From NCBI RefSeq assembly GCF_001194135.2, contig NC_068983.1, positions 149,598,407-149,662,406 of the forward strand: 64,000 nt of DNA, read 5' to 3'. The notes below the pieces were generated by a model, which saw only the letters and a list, made by a program, of their open reading frames with translations, was not told where the DNA came from and searched no databases. Below are positions 35,702 to 48,374 of this stretch, in pieces. Made by a program: the position numbers and the translations under genes. The stretch comes from Octopus bimaculoides (taxonomy: Eukaryota). Position 1 is the stretch's first letter; the number at the start of each line of letters is the position of its first letter.

Positions 35702-38061
35702 CACTAGGAGATTGTTAATTATTTTAAACCAAATTTTCAAAATTAAAGAAAGACTATTGTTGATATATTGTTAACATTTTATTGTGATTGTCTTTCTTAT
35801 GATTTTAAAAACTAAAAACTGCTTTTTTTAACTGGGACAGAAAGATCAAAATAATGAATACAACAAAAAAAGGAAAAAGCAAGAAATAATATTTCCCATC
35901 TAGACTTTTGAATTAACTAAACATTAGTGTCAAGTGACTGAGGCCTTTGGCAATATACTGTGCTTGAGAAGACCTGTCAAGCTAAGTGAGATTGTAGTCA
36001 TGGCCGGTGGCACATAAAAAGCAACCCTACACTCTTGGAGTGGTTGGCATTAGGAAGGGCATCCTGCTGTAGAAACTGTGCCAAAGCTGATTGAAACCTG
36101 GTGCAGCTCCCCAGCTTACCTGTTTTCAGTCAAACTGTCCAACCCATGCTAGCTTGGAAAACAAACTTTAAATGATGATGATGATAAGAAATATAGAAAC
36201 TTGTCATCAATACTTCAACAATGGTGTGTTTATTTATACCATTCTATAAATATTTCGTTTATGGATTTGGTTTGCTAGATTCTTTATGTGAGTTCGGACT
36301 CTCCCCAGATACAATAGAACATTCTATAAATATGTTTCTTGGAATTTACTTATTATTTTTCTAGATTTGTAAATTAATTAACTTTTACAAGTTAATTCAA
36401 TTATGTAAATAAAATTGTCTCTCAACATACCCTAAAAAGTTTTGATCTTTGAAATTCTCAACACCTTTTCAGGTATACAAATGATAAATTAATCATCAGT
36501 TTCAGTGCATTACAAAATATGGCTCCTTTTTTTTCAAGGAAATAGCTAACTTGTTGCAGAATCTCAGAAGGTAAGTGAAGTAGTGAATGAACAATTCAAA
36601 AGTATTTTTATTACCTTGATAAGATACATGCAAAGAAAGCTTGAATAGTTTTTCAACACAACTTTTATTAAGGAAGTGATAACCTTCAATATATATAAGA
36701 AAATAAAACATCACACAGATAAAACAAACCTTAAACTAAGCAATCAAATGTCAGCTGTAGATATGTATAATTTGACTGTAAAAATATTTTGCAAAGTTGA
36801 TCCTGTCACAATCTATCTGGCCTCATCTTTGTTGGAGAAACTAAAAGAGCAGCAGTATGACTTTTTTAGAATTAGCAATGGTCCTCTTTAAAAAGAAATC
36901 AATGAGTCTCTCAAACATACCCTCAGGTATACAAACAGCTACTTTCACTAGCTAGCTATGCTGACAATAAGATCACTTAGAAGTCCTAGTTATGTTAAAT
37001 ATCTTCAAAATCACTTAGATATGTACAATTAGACTGCAAATCATGAATGTAATTTAATGCAAGTAGGATACACGGAAGCAGGGAAGATTGCAGTCCTATA
37101 GCCACAACCATTATATTATCTACAAATTAGAATAAATTACTGAGCTGCAACAAGGGAATTCTGAAACCATATAGAACAAAAGAAAAAGTCTTGAGCTAAA
37201 GTCACATAATTTGTGGTATATTATCCTACAATAAAATTTTCTAAGGTCATGGTGTACTACAATTATTTTATCTCTAGCAACTATTATGTCAGTTTATTTT
37301 GTGTTGGTGTAATTGATGGTTGCCACTTATCTATATAAAATTATAGAATTCTGTTGGTTCAGTCTATTTCCATATGCACTAAATTAAAATACAATTAAAT
37401 TGTTTGTTAATCTATTTTACTTACCATGTGAGAGTCTGCAGTGAGTGATCCACTTCATTCAATGTTTCTTATTTCTTTATTGCCCACAAGGGGCTAAACA
37501 TAGAGGGGACAAACAAGGAGATTAAATCGATTGCATTGACCCCAGTGCTTAACTGGTACTTAATTTATAGACCCCGAAAGGCTGAAAGGCAAAGTGGACC
37601 TCGGTGGAATTTGAACTCAGAACGTAACGGCTGATGAAATACCGCTAAGCATTTTGCCCGGCATGCTAACGTTTCTGTGTTGTCATGCATGGAGTCTTTC
37701 TGTTACAAATCTTGTCAAAAGTTTGTTGGTTTTTGTTTCCATTTTTCTATTGCTCTATAATTTTGGTATGAGTATTTTATTTTTGGCGTTACAGAGTAAC
37801 ATTTTTAATTGGTTACTTTCTTTTTCAGTTGTTTATTCAACTGATTTAAGAACTTTGTTCTTTGGCTCAAGAAATGTTCAGTTACTGAGCATATTTCATT
37901 GAACATCATTAGCCTTCATTACTGGGAGATGTTTAATGCACATAACTTACATTATGCCGTTGACCCTGCACAGAGAGGGCTTCAGGCCAGTTTATCTCTT
38001 TCTCACTTAATATTCATTGAGTTTTGTAGAAATTCAGGTAACTATACTTTTTATTGAAGTG

Positions 38062-38445
38062 GAGGCACAATGGCCCAGTGGTTAGGGCAGCGGACTCGCA
38101 GTCATAGGATCGCAGTTTCGATTCCCAGACCTGGCGTTGTGAGTGTTTATTGAGTGAAAACACCTAAAGCTCCATGAGGCTCCAGCAGGGGATGGTGGCG
38201 AACCCTGTTGTACTCTTTCACCACAACTTTCTCTCACTCTTACTACCTGTTTCTGTTGTGCCTGTAATTCAAAGGGTCAGCCTTGTCACACTGTGTCACG
38301 CTGAATATCCCCGAGAACTACGTTAAGGGTACACGTGTCTGTGGAGTGCTCAGCCACTTGCATGTTAATTTCACAAGCAGGCTGTTTCGTTGATCGGTTC
38401 AACTGGAAACCTCGACGTCGTAAGCGACGGAGTGCCAACAACAAC
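38062..38445 (+). mobile_element. tRNA-derived SINE, family C (about 380 bp)
   Basis: A box TGGCCCAGTGG, B box GTTTCGATTCCC, (CAA)n tail; the 3' half recurs at about 9020-9230. Confidence 0.85.
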
Positions 38446-40984
38446 TTTTTATTGAGCACTGAGCTATGTGTTCTGGATTATTCATTCATAATTCTAAAAT
38501 GTAAGAAAGTTTCTTGAAATCACATTTACATTGTGGATGATTGACACATAGCGTAACAGAGATCTAGTAAATTGCTATTGTTTAGCCCCAGATGATTCCT
38601 CATTGATCAAACCTAAGATTGAATGCATTCTAGCCTTAGTTATCCCACCCTTTTAAGACTATTAATTTATCTAATGTCTTTTCTTTTTCTAAGATAACAG
38701 TATGATGTGAGAGAGAATTGACAACTATTGGTCGAATGACTTGGCTCACTTCTAGTTTGACAGCTGACCATTTGTATGATGTTCTTGTTACTCAGTTGTA
38801 AAAGAACTTTGTTGTCGAAGAGTACAATTCAAGAGATGTGTATGGAGTGGTCACCATACGTTTATTAGTCAAGGTAACTTTGTGAGGATCTTTTCTGTTT
38901 GGCTGCCACTTTTCAACAAAGTTGCCAACTTGCCAACAAAGTCAAGCAGTAACTTTGCTTGTTTGCGATAATCCTGAAATATACCTGAGAGTATGTGGCC
39001 CTCTGGACGTTCAAAGGTAGGAGTGGGAAAGTTGATATTGTCAAATAAAACTACATTGTTATTTTGGTCAAAATTGATTAATTCATCTTTTATTTTACTG
39101 AGGTTTTCCTCAAATTTTCTGCCATAATTTGATGCATCTGGTGAGATGTTACACATATATGACTTGTCTCGAAATACTTTAGATGTACAAGCAGGATTTC
39201 ATAAAGAGTTTGAATCTGACCATAGTTTTAAAGGTTTTATATCTTTAGATGTATGTAAAAACTCCTCTATAGCTTCTTTCTACTTTCAGAACAAAAGAAG
39301 ATATATTTTGATGTGTAATTCTGAATATATGGTTTCTGTCAGTGCTATGCATGTAGTTTGATTATTTGTGGCAAGGTCTCATGTAGAAAATTTTATTCTT
39401 GTTACTCAGTTGTAAAAGAACTTTCTTGTTGAAGAGTACAATTTAAGAGGTGTGTATGGAGTGGTCTCCATACGTTTATTAGTCAAGGTAACTTTGTGAG
39501 GATCTTTTCTGTTTGGCTGCCACTTTTCAATTTCTTCAATTTTGTTCCAATTGATTTCAAATTTGGTGCATTGATGTAGTTTTGTATGCTAATTATTGAC
39601 ATGAAATTCATTTTCACCATAAATCAATAAATAAACAGTTAACAGCTTTTGCATATTTTGGGTAATTTTGGCTAATCAAAAACCATAGAGATGTAGGTGT
39701 CTGTTTCCATGATAACAAAATACGTCAATTCTTGGTCTTGATCTGGGTTTTTTTTTTTTCTTTTTTTTTTTTACAAATTACACTCAGATGTTGAGTTCAG
39801 AAGATGACAATGAGTATGAATCTTTTATTAGAAGCTTGGCTACATCAGATGAGAGCGCAAGCTTATCTGATAAAAAAATTTGTCAAGGTAATGTCTTTGT
39901 ATGGCTGTAGTCCAATGATTGAAACAAGTAAAAGATAAAATTCACTAATATTTATGTCAATTATGCTGTGATAAATATTTTACTTCCCTACAGGTTGAAC
40001 CAATAATAAAAAAAACAAGAAAAAAAAACTAATGTACATATCTCTAAGTGTGTGATCTTGAGATTAAGGTGTTAACAACTATGCTGGTTTGGAGTCCTTC
40101 AAATTCATTCCTTTCTTTTGTAACTTGAATCTAACAATCTTTTTCTAACTCATTCTATTTGTTTAGTTTGGAACAGTGAAGTTCCTAAATCTACTGGTTT
40201 GAAGTTATAAGTCTTTCACAATCTCATTTTCAAATTAAACTGTTATAACATATAATCTATGTATCTATGTAAATGATATATTTCTGTACATGTGATATAT
40301 CTGTGTATTTAATTTAGGTTTGTATTTTACTATTAGTATTTAGAATTCTATATTAAATTGTAGTACTGTCAACTAGTGTTTTTCTATCCAGTTATATTCT
40401 GTTTACCGTATTATGAGTTGCAATGGCTCTTCATTGTAAATGTACGGTCAACTTATGAATGTTGTACCTATTTGTGTGAGAATGTTTACATTTATATGTA
40501 TGAAATACATGTATTTGAATATTCATATGGTTTAAAGCAAAAAGGAAAAACATTACAATTATACAGAAATTCAATAAAATGTGTTTATTATCATTGTATA
40601 TACATAGGTAAAAAACAAAAACAAAAACAACAACAAAACAATTATCAACTAAACGATTTGTTGTTTGAAACCGACCTGTCTTCAGTTGATAATTTTCATT
40701 GCTAAGCGGTGTTCAAAGATATTTAAGTGCTCTTTGACTGAAGACCATTTGCTTTGTGTTTTGAAATTTTAGAATCGTCTTAGACTTCCTATTTTTACTT
40801 TTTCTTTCATTAAGAATCAACTTGAAATGGCAACTGATGAATTAATATAACCCTTTTTTAAAATCAATAAATAAATTTAATTTATTATTTTATAAATAGC
40901 ATATATATATTGTAATGTACTGTCTCTCCAACACAACATTTCATTCACAGTTGTGTGGTCTTCTCTACCTAATCTGTTGCTACA

Positions 40985-41560
40985 ACTTCTATTCTTTGAA
41001 CTGGTTAGTTGCATACCACCTCTACGCACCCATCTGACACCTGTCTTTTTGTCTCTTATCAGCCCTATTATGTTTCATCTCTTAGAACCTGCACTAACTG
41101 CTATACTTTCACTGAGCATCAGACTTCTGGAATTCGCTACCCAACTACATTTTTTTGTTCTTGCTCCCATATCTGGAACAGCTGTAGCTGCACACACAGA
41201 TATCCTAGACCATATCCACACTCCACCCTCTGCCTCATATGTGAGCTGTCTCTTTCCATTGTCTTGTCTACTGTTAGAATAATGGCCCCTGCACCTAGTT
41301 GGGCCCCTCCACTCAGGAATTTCTAACCCATCAATTTTCTTCCTATCACCACCCTCATTGTGTCCAACTCAACACAGACCTCACACTAACCACTACGTCC
41401 ATAGTCCTTCCTTCCCAGAATGTTATCTCTCTGGAATTCTTACTACACATGTCATTCCCACTAGTGTTGATTTGCAATGGTTCAAGAGAAACATTAATAG
41501 CATCAATCTCACCGGTCTTAAAGGGCCTGCAAAGGCCATAGGCATTGTCCCCACTCCAGA
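40985..41560 (+). mobile_element. CR1/L2-group LINE ORF2 C-terminal relic, present twice
   Basis: Frame-broken ELVSCIPPL...WNSLP, and HPHCVQL...HTNHY...LSLWNS...DLQWFKRNIN, typical of L2/CR1 ORF2 ends. Confidence 0.65.
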
Positions 41561-44500
41561 CTCAACAAATGTAGTAAAAACAAAAAAGTCAACTTACAGA
41601 TGTTCAAGTTAAATATCATCTATAGTGATGGTAAAGGTCATGGACATTTCCCCTTGCTACAGAATTAACCCACAAAATATGAATAAAAAGAAATTAAGCA
41701 TTATAGAAACAAAAAGCTGTCTGTTAAAGATGCTCACTTGCTAATAAACTGATGTCTGGATCTAAGTTTAGTTTTGAAGACAAAACTACAAAGTGAAGAG
41801 TTGTAAGAATTTTCTCAATGCAGTATTCACATGTTCAAAAATCATCAAGCATTCAGTAAGCACTGGCCACTTAAAAGTATCATATAACCATATTACCTGG
41901 TTATCCAAGTTGAATAAATTACAGTTTGAGGAGTGGAAAATACTATATTGTTGTCATCATCACTTTTAATGTTCACTTTTGTCATCATAACTTTTAATGT
42001 TCACTTTTCCATGTTTACATGGGTCAACCAGAGTTTGTTGAGGCAAATTTTCTATAGTTGAATGACCTTCCTGTCACCAACACACAACTCACCTGTTTCC
42101 AAGCAAGGTAATATTTTCCCATAGACAGACATGTTCTCGCAGCATATTGGAAATGAATGATACTACTTGTATGAGAGTGACTCTCATTTACAATTATTAT
42201 GTGATATCAAGACAAGAAGACACAAACATACATATATGATGAGCTTCTTTCTATCTACCAAATCCATTCATAAGGCTTTGGTTGACCTACGGCTATTGTA
42301 GAAGATACTTGCTCAAGGTGTGATACTGTAGAACTGAGTCCAAAACCATGTGACTGAGAAGCAAACTTCTTAATCACATAGTCACATGACAGTTGAAAGA
42401 CATTTGAAATGAAACTGGGAGTTGATCTCTTGAGAAGAAAAGGAAAATTAATCCTTTAGATAAACCATTTGTAAGTATCTGGTTTGATATGTTTAAAAAA
42501 TCACACCTAGCATAATGTTTCACTTATTGCAGAAAATTTAGTTAAACAGAGGTATTGTCTTCACTAATAAAATACCACACCACTCCCAATGTATATAAAA
42601 ACAGCATGAATGAACAACTGAAACTGTATCTGCATTAAGCCAGCTGAAAGATATTCTAGCCTATCAAGGAATGTGGCCCTGAATAATGATTGTGAACTAT
42701 CAAAAGTGAGCTAAGTTACCAAAAGAATTTAGAGCTAACAATAGGAATCGTGTATTTACTTTAGGAATCATCAAACCAAAGCGTAGCTCCAAACCAATGT
42801 ATACTATGACGTGAGAGTGGCTGTTGGTTAAGTATGAAGTACTCTTAGTTTTTCTGGTGATTCTTCATTATTACCCCTCATTGCAATTAACTTTTTTCAT
42901 TAGCCCTATTGACAAGATGAAATGTAGAATGAAACATCATTCCAATTTATAATAAAGAGAGAATTCATACAAAATTTATGGATAATGACCATATAATAGA
43001 ATTTTCAGAGAAAATCAAATTGTTGTTTTGCCATTGAGAATGTGATGCATGTGGTCATGAAATGAGTGAATCAAGGCAAAATCATGGAGGGGATGGGTAA
43101 ACATTAATAAGGTCATTGCACAGATTGCTGAGAAAAAAAATTATTAGAAAGAATATATTGTTTGAGAACTGTAAATTAAATTAGAAGAAATAACTGAGAT
43201 TGTGTAGTCATGCAAATTCATGATTTTTTTCCCAACACAATTTGGAATGAGAGGTCATAATGAAAAGGCACTGTTCTTTTTAGATATTATATAAGTCATC
43301 TCTGTTACAGATATGAATTACTTCCAGCATTGAATTTCCCTGTTACTAGTGCATTCTTACTGTATATCTGATATTCTTATTTGGCCATATATAGTCAGAA
43401 AAAGATTACAAAATCTCCTCTTCTATTGGCTATAACCCTTAGTAAATAGTTGGAGGAGTACATCAAGCTGTACCATCAGTATTTCAAGGGAAGACAGTTT
43501 ACTATATTCCTCTGCTATTTTAAAATACAATTAAGTAGTTATAAATTGTTGTATGTTATACTTTCACAAAACCTAAAATGAGTTACAAGTGAAATTTCAG
43601 AATGTCAGTAAATAGTTTAATCTTGTTATTTTTCAGACTAAACTAACAATGTACACAAGGTAAGGAATAGTAGGTCTGAGAAGAAATTACATGATTAGAG
43701 GAAAAGGCAGTTTAAAGTTAGAGAATGTTATGGTACATGTAATATTATTGTTCCAAATTCATGGGAATCTCATACATTTTTATTAAGATTAATTGCCTCA
43801 AAGCTTACAGGAGATATCAAGTGAAAGCTTTCAGAGTTTATTCTATTTACGTATAGTAAACCTGCCCAAATGAACTCATCCCAAAATATTTATTTGGTTA
43901 ATTGTGCCTGCAAATGATGACATCTGAGGAAGCAAATGGACTATAGGATTATTATTACATATTTCCATATATTACGGTGTATATTACATAAAATTGTATG
44001 AAATGCATAACATGTATGAGATATGGAATAAAAATATAGTGTTTATGGAAACAAATTGTAATGTCAATTTGATTTCTCCTTTCCTCATTTAAATTATTAC
44101 TTTTATTATTCACTCTGTGGGGCTTATATTAAGCCTACTGGATCTTAACTTGGAGCTGTGTACTGGTCCCCTTTATATCAATTGAAGTCCAACATATCTT
44201 CTTTTGATTTTGGAACACTATGCTAGCCAGGATACTGCATGATGTACTAATTAAGCGATAGCTAGGGTTATAAGTACCCCCTTAATCTGTGTGTATGTAT
44301 CATCATCATCATCATCATTTAACATCTTCCATGCTAGCACGGGCTGCCCAGTTTGACAGGATCCATCGAGTTGTAGGACTGTGTTGAGCTCCAATGTCTG
44401 TTTTGACATAGTTTCAACTGCTTGGATGCTCTACCTGATGCCAACCACTTTATGGAGTGTACTGGCTGCTTTTTACATGGCACACACACATACATGCACA

Positions 44501-45605
44501 GACACATAAATACAAGCACAAAAACACACACACACATATATAGTCTGTGCTGTAAATTTGTGTGTGTGTATTCTGATAGATAGATAGAGATAAAAAATAC
44601 TATAAGTAGAAATGTTTTGGGGGGAAATTACCCTTTTTAAAAAGACTACTTTTGTTAATTTTTTTTACAGTTGTTTTCTTTTCAAACAAAATTTATAACA
44701 AACATTAGAAATAATAAAATAAAAGTTTATGGAAATTATAATTCAGAAATTCTACAGAAAATATTTTTTTTTCAAAGATCCAAAAAGTATTCCATAATGG
44801 AGAGACCATGGCTTGGGTAACAATTTCTGCAAGAGAGGACACTTGACTTCTTTGTTTTATTTTTTCTGGAGTAAGATTTTCAAAAAGTGCGTCAACTTAT
44901 TGCAACAAATATCTGATGGATGTAAAATGCACAATCAAAAGCTTGCAGTAGATTTATGCTTAAAAATGTAATAACTGTCACAGTTCAATGAGAGACCTAA
45001 TTCTCCATTTCATTTCAAATAAAAATTAGATTTGCTGCAAACTACAAAATGTTTACTACAAAGGCTTAAAAAAAGAAGCAAAAGAAAAAGAACAAAATGA
45101 AAGAAAAGAAATGAAATAAGGAAAAATTGCAAAATCTGTTTATATTTGCATCAAAACTACAAAAGGATCTAAAATATTCATGTTTTAATTGAGCGATGTA
45201 ATACAGGAAAGCTGAAAGACATAATATGTACAGAAATATAGGATTTAGTGACAAATCAATACACATGTCAACTATAATCGATAGTTACTAAAATAGTTTT
45301 CATTATATTTTTTACATGGAAAAGGCCTTTTGCCTTTAATAGAAAGTATAGTTTGTACATGGAAATACAATAAAATTTTCAATAAAAGAATGTAACAGTA
45401 TAACGTAAAATTATATATGTATATGCACATTCAGACACAAAAAAATGCATATACACACACACACAAGCGCAAGTTTGGCTATGTAATCACAAAGTTCAAT
45501 TTGCAACTACACAACTTCAGGCTCGGTCCTATTGTATGGCACCTTCTACTATAGCCCTGAGCTTACTAATGCCTTGTGGTAGAGAGAAACTGAACCTAAG
45601 CTCAT

Positions 45606-45653
45606 CATATGTACGTATGTGTGTGTGTATATGTGGATATGTGTGTGTGTGTG

Positions 45654-45699
<46 letters not shown>

Positions 45700-45930
45700 C
45701 ACGCACACACACACACACACAAGAAGTCCATAAGCAAGCACTGAAATATTCAAGCTGAATACTCCCAATGCCAGTATATCTGCTGGCAGTGTAGAATGCA
45801 AGCATCCAATGAACAATATAATATACACGCACAAATGACAAATGAACATGCATACCCACATATATACATACATGGACATATTTATACATACATACACATA
45901 TTAATACACACACACACACACACACACACA
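45606..45930. repeat. (TG)n/(TA)n/(CA)n microsatellite cluster
   Basis: Direct reading. Confidence 0.93.
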
Positions 45931-46635
45931 ATTTTTAGTACAAGCTGTATTTTCACAAGTTGTTATTCTGAGTTTTGTGATGCTAATTTTGTAAGGCGAT
46001 GAAGCAAGTTGCTGGAACAAAATGTCATATTCATGATATAGTGATAATTACACAAAAGAATGAATATATCAATTAAAAAATATTTGAATGATAATTATCA
46101 GCTGTGCAAAGAGTAAACCATTGGGTGACAATGGCTGCTATCGTTTTTGATTGGCTGATCATCTTTGATGATGTGACATAGAGAAGCAGATGTTAAAGCA
46201 ATCAGAAAGCAAAAGTATGGGGGGGGGGCGTTGTGGTGTATGAGGTTAGGAAGCGGTGGGTGTTGGAGGTGCTTACACGTGTGATTGGATGATACTGTTT
46301 ATGAAACCAATAATTGCCATTTATTTATTGACTTATTTAAGTAGTGCATAACTTGTGACATGAATTTAACTCAAATTTATAGATGATAGTGGCTATGTGA
46401 TACTTAGAGTAGCGACATGTGAAGTTACAGCTTTGACTAACAATTATTCCACTTCACAAACTGTACTGATCACTCTTCCACTTAATTGTATACATTAACA
46501 TAATTTCTAATAATTATAATTTGCTGTAGCCATGTTAGTAAATTGCCATTACTGTTGCCACTGCTTCTACAGCGTTTCTATCGTACATACATACATACAT
46601 ACACATCACACACTACAACAAATTATAGATATATA

Positions 46636-46670
<35 letters not shown>

Positions 46671-46713
46671 TTATGCAAAATAAAATGACAGGAAAAAAAA
46701 TCATTATCTTTAA

Positions 46714-46782
46714 TCACAGATGTTTTAATTCTGGATCATTTGCATCTTCCTGATTCAGTTTCAGATCGAAATACTTGAAATT
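46714..46782 (-). CDS. MS4A-like terminal coding exon
   Basis: Acceptor ttttcactttgcAG; NFKYFDLKLNQEDANDPELKHL then TGA. Confidence 0.8.
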   Translation of the reverse strand, partial: NFKYFDLKLNQEDANDPELKHL

Positions 46783-48340
46783 CTGCAAAGTGAAAACAAT
46801 ATAAATGAAACAAGAATCTCATAGAAGTCATGATAGTGATAGGATAGCAAGAAGGATGCACCATAGTAAGAGAGAGTGAGTGAGGGAGGGATAGTAACAG
46901 AGATAGGTGATAGTGAAAGTAGTAGTTATCAACTTGGAACATGGATGAAAGAGAATGCTAACAGTAAAGTGTGATAGAAGGTATTGAATGTGGAGAAATT
47001 TGATGCCACAGCTCATTAGACGGGCATTGTTAACTCAAGGATTCATATGTGATAGACTCTCCTGGAAAAAGATCTAAACGCTTATAATTCATCCCATTTA
47101 TGATTTCATTTACCGAGGCTAATATAGCTCTTTCTTTATTTCATTCATGATTATTGATGCAAATATAGACATTTGGGTATAATTTTACTACCAGTTCATT
47201 TACATAATGAGATTGATTTTTGCATTTAAGTGGGTGTTTGTATTAGTCAAGCTATTACCTAGAATTTGACCATTACCAGTTTGAAGTCATAGGTCGACTG
47301 TCGTGATTTGTTAATGTGCCTTGTGAGAGATGAAGCTTTAAGGCAAGCAGAAATTACCAGCAAGGAACAGTGGTATTTCTTTCCATAATGTAATTTTGTT
47401 TCTTATGTCTGTCAGTGTCTCAAGCAATATTTCAAGAGCAAGCTTATGGACAATTGTATATTCATTCCAGGCAATTAACTGACAACTGTATTGTTTCAAT
47501 CTCTGCATGTAAAGATGTTAGGCTTAACCCTTTAGCATTTAAACCAGCCATATCTGGCCCAAATATTTTACTTGTTTTATGTTCAAACCAGCCAGGTCTG
47601 GATTCTCACACCTACCTTACAATGTGCGTTTAAAAGTATACAATCACATTATCAAAATTTCAAAACTTGAGATAATGCATGATTAATTGAAAACCGAATA
47701 ATCTGAATGCTAAAGGGTTAAAGGAAGCTTAAACAAGGTTTTAACACCTGTTAAAAGTGTAATAGTTATACCAAAGGAAACTGCAGTAAGGGTTACTTGT
47801 TTGTTGACTTCTAACTTTGTCTAAGATCAAGATAATATGAAATGCCTCGCCAATTCATGGAAATGCATTTAAAAACTAATTTCAGGTTTCTTTTCAAATA
47901 GAAACTATAAAGTGAGAAACTATAAAACCTTACCTTATCCAATAACTGAAGACAACAAGGACAAAACATGTGCATCCAGCGTTGAAATAACTGCAGCTCT
48001 CCAAAAAAAATCTGGTTTGCATATTGTATGAAGGCAGCAAGAGTGAAGAGAAGACCCAAAATACAGCTTACAGTTAGAAAAATGTGTGTTCCATACATGG
48101 AACTTTTTTCCTTAAAAGAAAGGACAATTAAAAAATTTGAAAATTAGATGATAGATTCAAAGTTTTTAAGATTAAAGTTTTAATTATGAATGAGATCTTG
48201 CAAGTTTAAATGAATCAGATAAGTTCGGTGTACTAAAATACAAAATAGTTTTATCATCTTCAGATAGTTGGTTGGGTATTTTCATATTGATTTATTGTTG
48301 TTGTTGTGTAACCCCAGAGGTTATATTCTTAATATATAAA

Positions 48341-48374
<34 letters not shown>

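Noticed and set aside
38062-38135. tRNA-like A/B boxes, here and in other SINE heads
   Set aside because: They continue into SINE bodies and lack a proper acceptor stem, so they are not tRNA genes.
38782-39530. LTR/TRIM interpretation of the 135-bp direct repeats
   Set aside because: A TG...CA can be drawn, but there is no target-site duplication, primer-binding site or polypurine tract.
44780-44960. Possible Tc1 catalytic-domain relic (MAWVTISAR)
   Set aside because: Too degraded, with no TIRs or further motifs.
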